A program made the position numbers and the translations under genes. The notes under the pieces are model-generated. The model searched no databases, was not told the DNA's origin, and saw only the letters and a list, made by a program, of their open reading frames with translations. Shown piece after piece: positions 1 to 11,799 of a stretch of 22,184 nucleotides of DNA (positions are counted from its first letter, which is position 1; each line of letters starts with the position of its first letter). The stretch lies in contig JANKJI020000004.1 in the NCBI GenBank assembly GCA_024626585.2, positions 20,113,592-20,135,775 on the forward strand, given 5' to 3'. The stretch comes from Ginkgo biloba (lineage: Eukaryota; Plantae; Ginkgophyta).

Positions 1-189
1 GTGATAACCTTAATTATTGATTTTTGTTGTCGTTAGTGTCTTTCGAAGTAACACTTTTGACATCGATAACTCTATAAGAAGTATCTTTTATTGCTAATGG
101 TTGAGATACTGTTCCTTGTCATTCAAGAGGTCTCTTCCATGGTGTGTTGGCCTATGGATGCATATATTTTCCTATCTTGGCTTGTTGAG

Positions 190-935
190 CTCAGTTTTTC
201 ACTTCAAAGGACCGAGCTAGTTTCATGGTAGTTGTGAGACCAATTGGTTGATGGGCCATAACATCTTCTTTTATNNNNNNNNNNNNNNNNNNNNNNNNNA
301 TGCGATTTGTTGTTCGTGCCAACTATTTGGCACCTTATAAGATAATTGTGTAAAAGTCTCACAAAAATCTGCCATGCGTCCTATCTATTGTAGCTAACAT
401 AATTGGGAAAGTAATTATTGTCCCATGTCTCACCAAAATTTTTGAGGAATGCTAAAACAAATCTTTGCCAAGTGAAGGTATTCCCTAATTGTTCCTCTTC
501 ATGGGCCCATATTGTCGACCAATCATAAGCTTTTCCTCTCATCTATAATATAGCCAAGATTATCATGTCTTCTTCGTGTTCAATTGGATGCATGGTGAAA
601 CGTAAATCATGTTTTTGCTTCCATTCATCTACTGACAAACCATCTGGAGCACCATCAAANNNNNNNNNNNNNNNNNNNNNNTTTTTTTTGTTCGATGTTG
701 TGGTTTTGTATTATGTAATTGTATTTTATGCAACCTTCCTTGGTCATACCCTTTTTTATAGCTGAATCGAGGTGGTCCTATGCATGTACAACTTTCTTGT
801 ATAATTTAAATTCGTCATCGTCTAATAGGGCTACCTTATTCAATAATGTAGTGTGTTACAACCTAGACTTTTGTGAATTTGTCCTTGAGAAGTGTGTCAA
901 GGACAACCATGAAGAGTGCTTCAAATTCAACCATG
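190..935 (-). mobile_element. Decayed Ty3/gypsy retrotransposon gag remnant
   Basis: Manual minus-strand translation of ~420-659 gives FDGAPDGLSVDEWKQKHDLRF...ILAIL*MRGKAYDW...FTWQRFVLAFLKNFG, and ~190-274 gives IKEDVMAHQPIGLTTTMKLARSFEVK. These fit the Retrotrans_gag pattern (FDG..W, GxAxxW, TWxxFxxxFxxxF, then QPxxLxxAxxLAR). There are internal stops, and the boundaries are approximate. Confidence 0.75.
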
Positions 936-2193
936 AAGGACATGCCTAAACCTAAGCTTAATGATGGGGCTTGATTGCACATTTTACACATGATGGTTAA
1001 ACCTCATATATAGGTTCTTCGGAGGGAGAAGGTTGTGAAGGGTAAGGCTAAGAGGGCATCTTATTCCCTTCAAGGAGTAATTAGAGAGATTATAGTTCCA
1101 TAGAGGGCTTCCTAAGGTTTGGGGCAGCCCTAGGAGTGAGGCCAACACTATGTGGGGGTTAGTTTCCTTTCTTTCTTCATAAATAGGGTTTATTTGGACG
1201 TACATAACCCTTAAGCATATTCTCTTTATCTCCTTATGATCTCCTACGAAGAGCATCCTCATTCTAAGGCTTATTTTATGCATTTTGACTAATTAACTAC
1301 ACCAGTGCAAGTCATTGTTTTAAGGCACTGGCTACTTTTTGCATTTATGGTAGCTTACTAAGGGTTTTTGCATCGGAGGAGTGCTCAGATCTATTCTGCA
1401 GGGCAGGGTGACCTCATTCAAAGGGTTAGTATGGTCTGGAACAGGTTTGTGAGGCCCAANNNNNNNNNNNNNNNNNNNNNNNNNNNNNNNNNNNNNNNNN
1501 NNNNNNNNNNNNNNNNNNNNNNNNNNNNNNNNNNNNNNNNNNNNNNNNNNNNNNNNNNNNNNNNNNNNNNNNNNNNNNNNNNNNNNNNNNNNNNNNNNNN
1601 NNNNNNNNNNNNNNNNNNNNNNNNNNNNNNNNNNNNNNNNNNNNNNNNNNNNNNNNNNNNNNNNNNNNNNNNNNNNNNNNNNNNNNNNNNNNNNNNNNNN
1701 NNNNNNNNNNNNNNNNNNNNNNNNNNNNNNNNNNNNNNNNNNNNNNNNNNNNNNNNNNNNNNNNNNNNNNNNNNNNNNNNNNNNNNNNNNNNNNNNNNNN
1801 NNNNNNNNNNNNNNNNNNNNNNNNNNNNNNNNNNNNNNNNNNNNNNNNNNNNNNNNNNNNNNNNNNNNNNNNNNNNNNNNNNNNNNNNNNNGGAGGATTG
1901 TTGATGATGATGGATAGTTGGCGTCAATGGAGACTGGAGATGATGTGGTTGAGGATGGCGCCTCTGTGGAGCACTTTTAACAATCCAACAGACATGGTGG
2001 ATAAGTGTGGAGAAGGAAATATATAAAAGAAAAACGGAGAAGGGGACACGGGTCTACGAATGAACGGGCTTGACTAGTAGTTTGTCGAAGAGGTAACGTA
2101 TAAAATAAAAATGGAGAAGGGAAGATGGTTATGTATATGAAAGGGCTTGTCATATGGTTCTTACCCTTGTATCGCTTTCGTAATAAAGGGATG

Positions 2194-2375
2194 AATGGAG
2201 CATAGGCGAGGACTGTTAGAATGAAAATGAAGCAATGGAACGAAGGCCAAAGGAAATGAAGATGGAGCAATGGAATTAAGAATGGATACTATAATGGAAT
2301 TAAGGCATTTAGAGAGAATCAAAGAATGGATATAGAGAAAATAGAACTGAGCCAATGGAATGGGCACAGAAATGG
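2194..2375 (+). repeat. Purine-rich cluster of dispersed AATGG(A) pentamers
   Basis: AATGG occurs at 2194, 2234, 2269, 2281, 2293, 2325, 2354, 2359 and 2371 (9 copies in ~180 bp), irregularly spaced. Confidence 0.55.
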
Positions 2376-4525
2376 AATTTGGTTCTATTGATTTTTTTTT
2401 AAATTTTTGTGCAAGGGCTAAGGATTGAAGCTTACTTTGATTGACTCCCAAATTTAATGCTAAATGAAGTAAAAATTATTGGTAGAAATCAAATAATTGA
2501 ATTCATAGATATGAATATGATGATACAATGCAAGTTGGCCTAAGCATAAATAGTCTTCTTGCCATTAAATGTGATGAGTTTCACCTTTCATTGGTGACTC
2601 TTTGTTTGATGTACATGACTATTACACATCAATGAGGTACATAACATTGGATGCTAGGGGATTAGGTGCTTCAATTGTGACGAATAACTACTTAGTGTGA
2701 TTGTATGAAGGTATTTGCTTTTGTCATAAAGGATCACTGTTTCATTATCATCATTGTGCATACACAGTGTTTGGGCTAATGAAATGATCCTAGTATGTAT
2801 TGTCCATTGATCAATAACACATACTCTCTTATTGTTGTGTCCTATATGCAGAAGCCAGCCCTGGATCCACTCCTACACCTCCCAGCATTGTACCTTGAAG
2901 CATAATTTGGTTGCCCACAATTTATTGTTTTGCANNNNNNNNNNNNNNNNNNNNNNNNNNNNNNNNNNNNNNNNNNNNNNNNNNNNNNNNNNNNNNNNNN
3001 NNNNNNNNNNNNNNNNNNNNNNNNNNNNNNNNNNTTTGTTTTGAAATCCTGAATAGATTATGACATGGTGATCGGATTTAAGGCCACCTGCATGTACTGT
3101 GGATTTGATGTGGACTAATGTAGGGCCACTTGTCATTTGATGAATTTATTACTGCTACTAATGAAATATTGGTGGATGCCAATTTAGATAGGGCCTTTGT
3201 AAGGATATTATTTAGTGTTTGGTTGACTGATATGGGAGGTTAAACACTATAGATCACATGGATCCATTTTCTAAGGATCTTTATGCTATGGTTGAGTTTG
3301 TATTATGTTTTCTTGAGTTTCCAAAAGTTCATTGCTTTTAAATGCTTCCAAAGTTTATTTTTCTTTTATTTTTAAATTACCTTTAAATGGTGGTTCGGTT
3401 GGTTATTTATTGCTTGAAAATGTTTTTTAAAGAGAGAAAACAAGAGAAAGGTACCTCTCCATTGTCATTTTTCCTCCCTTGATATCATTACATCATCCTC
3501 TTACCTCACATGTTAAAGAGGAGAGCACTTCCTTGGATTTTGAAAGAAAGCTTATGCTTTTGGTTTAGTAGGATTCACCATATCATTCAAAGTGACTAGT
3601 GGCTAGAGGGAATGCAACAATAGTTATTGGTTAGGGAATTTTGAGTTGGATTCAAGGAAAGACATAGGTAGTATTTTTATGCAGTTTCCCCTATTTAGAT
3701 AAGTTTCCACTTAATTTCTTCTAAAGTTAAAAATTTTCCTACATGTTATCATGCAAATTGTGAATTTAATTATTAAAATGAGTTATTGCCATTGCTTTTA
3801 TCCTATATTCTCCTTTTCATTCTTCCATATATTCATTTCTCTTATCCTTTCATGTGGTTAAAATGGGAATAGTTTAATATATTGTTTTTAGGATTTGAAA
3901 AGTATTTATGAATGATAGATTGAAGACCGTCCCACTTATTATTTAGGCATCCATTATTTAAATTGTGTTTATAAGATTTGTAAATCTATTTTCTAATCCA
4001 ATTTGAACGGGTCAATTTTGTTATCATATGAGGAAGTTATGACTTATTTTAATAGAGTTTAAAAAACATTCTTATTTATGGTCAAAACTTTACTAGCAAA
4101 TTGTAGGCTTCATCACAAATTAAGTAATGTCTTTTGAGTTCCCAATTTGACTCCTATTAGGACGTTTTCTATNNNNNNNNNNNNNNNNNNNNNNNNNNNN
4201 NNNNNNNNNNNNNNNNNNNNNNNNNNNNNNNNNNNNNNNNNNNNNNNNNNNNNNNNNNNNNNNNNNNNNNNNTTTCATTTGGGCAATGCTATATACTTAT
4301 TCTTACTCTAATGTGAGTCCAATTTTGACTTATCCATCTGCTATATGTATTGTTCATGTTGGTTTTTGTCATTTCATGCTTGAATATTTAAATGTACTTT
4401 GTGGATCACCTTTTAAGGTCATGCTTGACAATAAATCAAATGTTTCCCAATATAGAGATAAAGTAGCTATCTTTCACAATAAGGCATAACTATTGCAGTT
4501 TAATTCTAAAATTTATATGTTGCAG

Positions 4526-4647
4526 TTGACAGAGTTATCAATCAATGAGACACCAAGATATGACGTGGATAAAGCTTCGAAATCACTATCTTCATCCTTC
4601 CATGATATAAGCAATCTTGAGTTTCAAGATAATTTGGCTCGTTTTTG
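4526..4647 (+). CDS. DUF3531-family protein, internal coding exon (third from last)
   Basis: Acceptor TTGCAG| at 4525 and donor TG|GTAATG at 4648. Translates LTELSINETPRYDVDKASKSLSSSFHDISNLEFQDNLARF-W, recognised as the plant DUF3531 segment (SSFHDI..EFQDN..R.W). The family call is from recall, not from a search. Confidence 0.85.
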
Positions 4648-4839
4648 GTAATGGAACTCTTCCTGTTTCAAGAAACAATCTTATAAATTGTAATTCTATA
4701 TAAATTGCTTTCTTTCAGCTGTCACTGCTGCATCTTTGATGAGTATATATGTCCCCTAGATGGAGGTGAAAAGTTAAATGTGAGTCTTGTGTTTGAAATG
4801 ATTCTAGTAACAGTTTTCTGAACATTTTCATTTTTGCAG

Positions 4840-4911
4840 GGTGGACATGGGAACGTCTGATCCATTAGCATTGGATGTTTTGATCAATGCTCTCATATGC
4901 TTGAGCTCAGA
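4840..4911 (+). CDS. DUF3531-family protein, penultimate coding exon
   Basis: Acceptor TTTTTGCAG| at 4839 and donor GA|GTAATC at 4912. The phase-2 join completes Trp, then VDMGTSDPLALDVLINALICLSS, matching the DUF3531 core W.D.GTSD..ALDVLINAL. Confidence 0.9.
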
Positions 4912-6344
4912 GTAATCTTGCTTACCTGACAGAGTTTGTCTCAGAGGAGTAGTTATTGGTTTTTGTTCTAGTATATGAATCATAACGTTTGTGTTAGATG
5001 ATCTAAAACCTTATGCATTAAGATCCTTTGTCTCAGTTTTGTCAGCATATATATAGTTAGCATTTTTTAAGCTAGTCTTTGGATATGTCAACTTCCATTT
5101 CCACTGGTTGAAATACATCTTTCTACTTGCTGTCATTAAGCAGCACAACAAACATTTATAGCACAAGGAACCCACTCTGAGCAAAATGAAATGGGAACTA
5201 TCAATAAAATCCTGATAGAAAACAGTAATGATCATTTGAGTTTTGAGCTGAAATCAGCCTTATACTAATCTAGTGGTATAGAGTAAAATTTGGATTCGGA
5301 GGGTGCTAATTATAGGACTTAAACCTAAATACTAATATTACAAGGAAATAAGTACTGTACAGAACAATAAAAACAAAGCAGATTNNNNNNNNNNNNNNNN
5401 NNNNNNNNNNNNNNNNNNNNNNNATTAGTTGGATTACTAGAGAAACCCATACCTAGAACTACTGACAAGATAGGGACTTGCATACAAGGCAACATAAATT
5501 ATTAAACAAACTGTAGCCTCTTTGAGGACGCCAGCCAAATCTTCCCCAACTCGGCTTATCTCTAAAAGGAGCCAACACAATTGTCAAATATGTCAAAAAG
5601 ATGACAAGTGGTTGCCAGAGTTTTTTCTTTCATAGGATGACAGGAGCAGTCACCACTACCCTACAGTGCGGTCTCATTTATGAAGTGCCTCTACACCCTT
5701 CCTCTCATAGTGAGCATGCAAATAAATAGATGGGGGGGGAAATTCCAACATGCTTGTTTGATGTGCACATGTAGACAGGAATAAACCTGTTTGTTTGTAA
5801 ATAAAATCATAGAAGAGGAAATGATCAGTTAGAAGATGAAATGAATAGTCATCTTCTAAACATTATATATTATATGTTTGTAGTCCCTTGCATTTTCATC
5901 CAAATTTTGAAGGGATTTCTCTGTTCTTTTCCAGCTTACTTTGCAGTTAATCTATTGTGAGAATTCTGTACATTCAAGGTTGTCTAGTTTCCAGAGTAGC
6001 ATTGAAACTTTTTATTTCCTTGCTCTGTTTTTCTCCATTCTGTAAGTTATTTATGCCCCTTGTTGCTTACTGCAAATATTTCTGTTGTTCATGACTAGAC
6101 ACGCCAGTTTGATTCTTTTATTATTAGACATAAGCTTCTGAGGACTGAGACTTAAGAAAGGCAATTTCCTTCTACACCTAGAGCTTCCTTTTTGGTAATG
6201 GCTTGGACCAGATCATGGTACCCGAGAGTAGGCAGAATTATTGTGGAATNNNNNNNNNNNNNNNCGCATGAAGTTCCAGTAGAGTAATTTTCTGCAGTGT
6301 GTAAGGCTTGAATTTGGAACAGTCTATCCTAGGTTTTAAAGTTG

Positions 6345-7850
6345 ATGCATCTCAAGAAGTTGTGATCCCAAAGGAAACAACAAGAAGAAAATAAATTATC
6401 AAGATTATATTGGCCAAATGCAGGATCAGATAGATGACCTAGCAGATTGCATGAACCAAATGATTAATATTCTTTGATTACAAACTGCACGTCAAACTCA
6501 ACCAATGGTAACCACTGCAACTGCCACCTTTGGAAGGGTTATTAGACTTTTGCAAATGGAGCAGTATTGAATGTGGCCCCTCTTGCAACCTCTACAACAA
6601 ATTCAAGGGCATGTTCTAGTTATTATGCTTATGGGACAGAATCTGTTGTGGAAACTAGGGTGGAAATTAAACCCTTTTCATAGTACCCTTAATGTAGAAA
6701 AGTTANNNNNNNNNNNNNNNNNNNNNNNNNNNNNNNNNNNNNNNNNNNNNNNNNNNNNNNNNNNNNNNNNNNNNNNNNNNNNNNNNNNNNNNNNNNNNNN
6801 NNNNNTTTGGTATATAAATAATATCTAATTACCTAAACTATCCTTAGACTAGAAATCCTCTCTAAATACCTCTCCCTATGTACCCATTCCATAAAATTAC
6901 TAACATGTATTCTCAACATTTAGAACTTACAAACCTCTCCTCTCAATCGTAGTTGGTGCACATTGATTATCAACCTAATTTCTACCTTAGGTGAATTAAC
7001 TTTGGCAGTGCATACATCCTATTATATTTAAAACCCTCAATATTTTTAATTTGTTTTGAATTTGAACTCTTCTCAATCNNNNNNNNNNTATTCATTAATA
7101 TCCTATCATATTCACTAAGCCACCTAACTATTCTATTGAAAAATTTATTTCATTCATTGAACTTGTTTTATTTTAATCATCTGAGACCTTTCTTTCCCTT
7201 CTTCTACTATTTAGAAAACATCCCTCGATTTCCAAAAAAATATTCATTATATTTGGTCCATTAGAAGGGATAAAATTTCACTTGCCAAATTCAAAATGAC
7301 TGAGCAGACTTTGCATTGGCTGGAGGCTTTTGCCAAAGATGAAGGAAGGAAGGTATTTATCTAATTGTTAACTGGGAGGAATTCAAGCAAGTAATGAAGT
7401 CATGACTGGGTTACATGACAAACCTCTATATTTGTTAGCAATGTCTTAGACAACGGGTTGGGCAACCCGTTCAAGAATATATAGATGACTTTCCTAAGCT
7501 TTCTAGCAAGCTGAATATACAAGACGAAGAAGAGAATATTGTGCTAATATACCTTAAAGGTTTGCACCCACAAATGCAGCAAGAAATGGAGTAGTTTCCT
7601 CTTAAAACACAATATGAGGCATTCTGTATTGAAGATAAGGTTGAGCTCATTGCAAGCGTAAATTTGCTTCTATTTCTTCTCAAAGCAAAGTAAACTTTAT
7701 TGCCAAGCAGACGACAGAAACTCAAATTGAAGATAGAGGGATTACTGAAAGAAATCTGGTAACCCAACTAGAGAAGAGAGTTGAACCAACTTGCAATCAT
7801 TCAAAATCAAAGTGTAGTGTTGCCATGTGCTTGGACATACAAATGGAAAT
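6345..7850 (+). pseudogene. gypsy gag pseudogene (split by an insertion), ending in a degenerate CCHC zinc knuckle
   Basis: RVEIKP/FHSTLNVEKL before the gap at 6706. After ~7260 the frames read DKISLAKFKMTEQTLHWLE, IVNWEEFKQVMKS and CLRQRVGQPVQEYIDDFPKLSSKLNIQDEEENIVLIYLKGLHPQMQQEM. C-N-H..C-HVLG-H-TNGN lies at ~7792-7850. Confidence 0.8.
6806..7240. mobile_element. Unidentified AT-rich insertion interrupting gag (possibly a minus-strand LTR-element end)
   Basis: Non-coding AT-rich sequence lies between two collinear gag pieces. The minus strand shows a PPT-like TTGAGAGGAGAG (~6935-6946) shortly before TGTTGAG/TGTTAG. The left boundary falls in a 100-N gap. Confidence 0.4.
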
Positions 7851-7989
7851 TTTGACAAATTACATGTAGAGAGGAAACCTAGAAGTTAGAACAATGTACT
7901 GGCATGGACAAGATTAGGAGGTGAATATTAGCATGCTAGAGAAATCAAATCGGAATTTTGCATTGGTTGTGCAAGATCCAGTAGTTGAG

Positions 7990-8330
7990 GAATGAGGGAA
8001 GTTATTAGCTACCAGGATGCAAATACAGAGGCAATTGGTGATTGCAATATTTGATTCTGCAAGGCAAGGATTTGCTTTCCGAATCTGTCCTGAATGAGTT
8101 GAATCTACCCACTATGATGCATCCTGAACTGTATTCATTTTGTTGGAGACATAAAGGCACTTGTCTTGCTATTCAAAAGCAAAGTTTGTTTAAATTTGCA
8201 TTTCCTTGAAATATATGGATAAGATTGAATGTGATGTTTTTCCTATTGTTGTGTAGGATGTTATTCGAGAAATTCATACCTATGGGATCAAGATGCATTT
8301 TATAGGTAAAAGCTTAATAAATACAGTGGT
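7990..8330 (+). pseudogene. gypsy aspartic protease remnant
   Basis: Frames read LLATRMQIQRQLVIAIFDSARQ / LLSESVLNELNLPTMMHPELYSFCW / YMDKIECDVFPIVV / SYLWDQDAFYR. These match the gypsy protease pattern (xxFDSGSQ, HPxPYxLxW, DxxxCDVVP, YLxDRDA). Confidence 0.7.
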
Positions 8331-9249
8331 AAATAACAAACAGACATATGATATAAATGCAGACACTTCAAAGGAGAAGATCTCCTTAGTTTTGCAACTT
8401 AAAGTTAAATTAATGGTGAATGCAACCTAGAAATTTGCATTATTTATAATAAGGCCAAAGGAACCACAAAGGTTCAATGAGAATGGACAGGTGAATGCAA
8501 TCATTCAAAATCAAAGTGTAGTGTTGCCATGTGCTTGGACATACANNNNNNNNNNNNNNNNNNNNNNNNNNNNNNNNNNNNNNNNNNNNNNNNNNNNNNN
8601 NNNNNNNNNNNNNNNNNNNNNNNNNNNNNNNNNNNNNNNNNNNNNNNNNNNNNNNNNNNNNNNNNNNNNNNNNNNNNNNNNNNNNNNNNNNNNNNNNNNN
8701 NNNNNNNNNNNNNNNNNNNNNNNNNNNNNNNNNNNNNNNNNNNNNNNNNNNNNNNNNNNNNNNNNNNNNNNNNNNNNNNNNNNNNNNNNNNNNNNNNNNN
8801 NNNNNNNNNNNNNNNNNNNNNNNNNNNNNNNNNNNNNNNNNNNNNNNNNNNNNNNNNNNNNNNNNNNNNNNNNNNNNNNNNNNNNNNNNNNNNNNNNNNN
8901 NNNNNNNNNNNNNNNNNNNNNNNNNNNNNNNNNNNNNNNNNNNNNNNNNNNNNNNNNNNNNNNNNNNNNNNNNNNNNNNNNNNNNNNNNNNNNNNNNNNN
9001 NNNNNNNNNNNNNNNNNNNNNNNNNNNNNNNNNNNNNNNNNNNNNNNNNNNNNNNNNNNNNNNNNNNNNNNNNNNNNNNNNNNNNNNNNNNNNNNNNNNN
9101 NNNNNNNNNNNNNNNCAACAGTTAGAAGTTTCTCATATTGGTGATTCACCTGACAACGACAGAAGTAGAGTCCTTTGAGTCAGTATTTTTTAGGAAGAAA
9201 GGGGGACAATTGGATTGAATGTTGAATAAGTATGAGTCTGTATTCAAAA

Positions 9250-9960
9250 AGCAATTGAGTATGATATCTAATTGCTTCCAGACTCCTCGTTGCCCAACAT
9301 TGGACTATATAGAATGTCGGTGATGGAGAGTGAAGATATTAAGCAGCAAATATACGAGATTCTAGACCAAGGGCTTATCAAGACAAATGTGTTTCCCTAC
9401 AAATCTCCAATTATACTTGTGCCAAAGAAGGATGGAAGTTGGAGGATGTGTGTTGATTTCAAGGCACTCAATAAAATTACCATAAAAAATAGGTACCCTC
9501 TACCTAGAATCGACGATCTATTAGATTCACTTCAGGGGGATAGATATTTTTCCAAGTTGGACCTAAAATATGCATATCATCAAGCTCGAATAAGGGATGA
9601 AGACACTTGGAAAATAAAGTTTAAGACCAAGAAAGCACTGTTTGAATGGTTAATGATTCCATTTGGGATCACTAATGCATCAACGACATTTATGAGACTC
9701 ATGAATAAAGTCCCCTAATAGTATAGTAAGTCCTTCATCATTGTGTATCTCGACGACATCCTTATTTATAACAAGATTTAGAAAGAGCATGTCGAACATT
9801 TGGAGAATGTGATTGTGACCCTCCAACAAAATAAGTTGCAGTTGAACCTGAAGAAGTGTGAGTTTTTTTAAAAGATGTTATTATACTTGGGTTTCATGGT
9901 GGGAGGCGATTAATTAAACATAGACCTTGCTAAGATCTAAGTCTTAAAAGCTTGCCCAAC
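9250..9960 (+). pseudogene. Ty3/gypsy reverse transcriptase pseudogene
   Basis: ORF 9272-9718 contains SPIILVPKKDGSWRMCVDFKALNKITIKNRYPLPRIDDLLD...FSKLDLK...MIPFGITNA. The same frame continues past stops to the catalytic VYLDDILIY (YLDD at 9746-9757) and KKCEF. Confidence 0.95.
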
Positions 9961-10125
9961 TCTAATGAATCTTCTAAGCTAAGCCATCTCATGGGATTAA
10001 CTAATTTTTACAAAGCATGTGTCCTTGGTTATTATTAATAAATCCTTTACTTGAAGTATCTACCTAAGGGTTTAATGCAATTTAAATGGAGGGAAGCATA
10101 AGAAAAGGTCAAACATCAATTATAC

Positions 10126-10468
10126 ATGCCACTAATGTTGGCTTTACCAAATTTGCAATTTCCATTTGAAATTGAAGTTGATGCTTTTAGCTATGCAGTG
10201 GGTGCAATTCCTACTCAACAAGGAAGACCAATAACATATGATTCAAAGGCATTCATAGGCACAGTGAAAAACTATTCTACCTATGATAAATGAATGTATG
10301 CCATTACTAAGGAGATTATCATACATTTTGATCATAAAATATATTGCAAACATAGTCAAAATTGGAAAAGAGTGGGCATATGAAATGGATGACATATTTA
10401 CAATAATTCGATCTTGGAATCAAGTGCAAGAAGGAAATTTTTAACAAAGTGGTAGATTTCCTCAGTAG
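10126..10468 (+). pseudogene. Ty3/gypsy RNase H remnant
   Basis: LALPNLQFPFEIEVDAFSYAVGAI..QQGRPI.Y.SK...KNYSTYDK*MYAI, then DHK, KWMTYLQ*FDL.IK.KK...NKVVDFLS: a typical RNase H-like domain with stops. Confidence 0.9.
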
Positions 10469-10673
10469 TTGTTTCTTATGAAAGTTGTAAAATGAATGAA
10501 TGTACTTGTCTTATGGTGGTTTTGACCTACCTTAAGGTCGTTTTGCCTTTCCAAGGTGGTTTGTCCCTATCTTNNNNNNNNNNNNNNNNNNNNNNNNNNN
10601 NNNNNNNNNNNNNNNNNNNNNNNNNNNNNNNNNNNNNNNNNNNNNNNNNNNNNNNNNNNNNNNNNNNNNNNNN

Positions 10674-10826
10674 TCCACGTTGGAGCGGGGGCGGGGGGGA
10701 GAGGCTGGAGTACCGCCTCCTTTCCACATTGGAGTGGGGGCGGGGGAACACCCCCCGCACCCCTATTCCAATGTGGAACGGAGGCGTGGGACTCCCGTCT
10801 CTGTTCCACGTTGGAATGGGGGGGGG
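10674..10826. repeat. GC-rich array of four ~30-bp sub-repeats in direct and inverted orientation (core TTCCAC[G/A]TTGGA + G-run)
   Basis: Cores at ~10674, ~10722 and ~10804 are forward; 10751-10786 is inverted. 10714-10746 pairs with 10751-10786 around an AACA loop. Confidence 0.85.
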
Positions 10827-11352
10827 TGTAATTATATAATTAAATATTTTGGGGTCATCGTAGTTGGTCACGTTGACCCCAAAATATTTAGTTATATAGT
10901 ATATAGATGGAGGAGTTTTGATCATTTCATGATCATCATTTTGTGACACTACTTATAGTTTTTAGACTTTCATTGTTCACTGTCCACTATTTAGTATTCA
11001 GGCATTTTGATATTTAATGATTTCTGAATTATGATTCTATGACTTGAAAGTTGACATGTATCTCAAATTCTTAATGTACCTATGGATGGATTATTTATGT
11101 CTTTTGTATTTCTATTTCAATGTTCTTGCATTGATGACCATTGTTAAATATATGGATGAACATTGGACTAATGATCCAAGTTTCTAAATTAAAAAAAAAA
11201 TTAAAACTTAGTGTATATTGTAGGTGTGTGTGTCTTTTTGTGTGTGCGCGCCCCCCCCTCCACACACACATATATTAAAGTTCCCTATTTTCTCTACCCA
11301 TGTACACCAATACCTTGTGCCCCCACGTCCCCACAAATCCATGTAATCTTGG
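10674..11352. mobile_element. Putative non-autonomous DNA transposon (hAT-like) inserted into the gypsy element
   Basis: GC-rich sub-repeat block, AT-rich core, then a second C-rich block ending ...CCCCACGTCCCCACAAATCCATGTAATCTTGG. This resembles plant hAT termini of the GTCC..GTAAC[A/T]T[A/G]G type as I recall them. The left terminus and TSD are hidden in the gap 10574-10673. Confidence 0.35.
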
Positions 11353-11799
11353 TCACTACACTCGTACTTTAGAATTCTATGCAATTTAGATTGAAGGTGC
11401 AAGTTGTGCTAAGAGCTTAATGGCTAGAGACACTTGGAACCATATTCGAAAGATGTTTATGAAGTTTTTTGAAAGAAGAATAATAATAACTTTGTAGGGA
11501 GTCAAATCATAAGGAGTGACACATTCCACATCATATTGAATAAGAAAGGAATAATATGGAACCGTGATATGTTATAGCCCCAACAAATAAAGCAAGAAAG
11601 CACTAAAGAACAAGCATAAAGAATTGAGGAGAAGCAAGTTCTTGATAATAGTGCCTTACAACCCAGGGTGAAACAAGTTCCAAGTGAAGTGAACCATATA
11701 CCACTTATTGGTCATTTGTAGATATTATTACATTTTCATTTCATTCTTGTTTCATTGTCATGAAGTCAAATTTCAAGGCCACAAACGAGCATCTTGAGA

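Larger units (their letters stand above)
6216..10560 (+). mobile_element. Decayed Ty3/gypsy LTR retrotransposon internal region (gag-protease-RT-RNase H)
   Basis: PBS-like CA|TGGTACCCGAG at 6216 (9/11 match to the tRNA-iMet PBS). It is followed by gag, a zinc knuckle, protease, RT and RNase H in gypsy order, with many stops and frameshifts. Confidence 0.85.

Noticed and set aside
2161-2451. Minus-strand ORF sharing QKFKKK with the LINE fragment at 20013-20255
   Set aside because: The similarity is limited to an A-run; the flanks do not align.
2851-2900. Acceptor-like TATATGCAG followed by a short Pro-rich frame, as a possible upstream DUF3531 exon
   Set aside because: No resemblance to the expected upstream DUF3531 segment and no clear donor.
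5274-5750. PBS-like TGGTATAGAG and a possible solo LTR ending ...TTCCAACA
   Set aside because: The PBS is imperfect, the orientation is ambiguous, and there is no matching TG start or TSD.
1368-9178. Long ORFs in the track (1368-1904, 1418-1927 and the 8491-9178 cluster)
   Set aside because: They are open only because they run through N gaps; there is no coding evidence.
10674-10826. CRISPR-like interpretation of the repeat array (also considered for 13109-13294 and 16534-16628)
   Set aside because: The units are degenerate, mixed in orientation and lack unique constant-length spacers. The context is eukaryotic with no cas genes.
11224-11270. (GT)n ... (CA)n inverted microsatellite
   Set aside because: Short low-complexity sequence; pairing is expected by chance.
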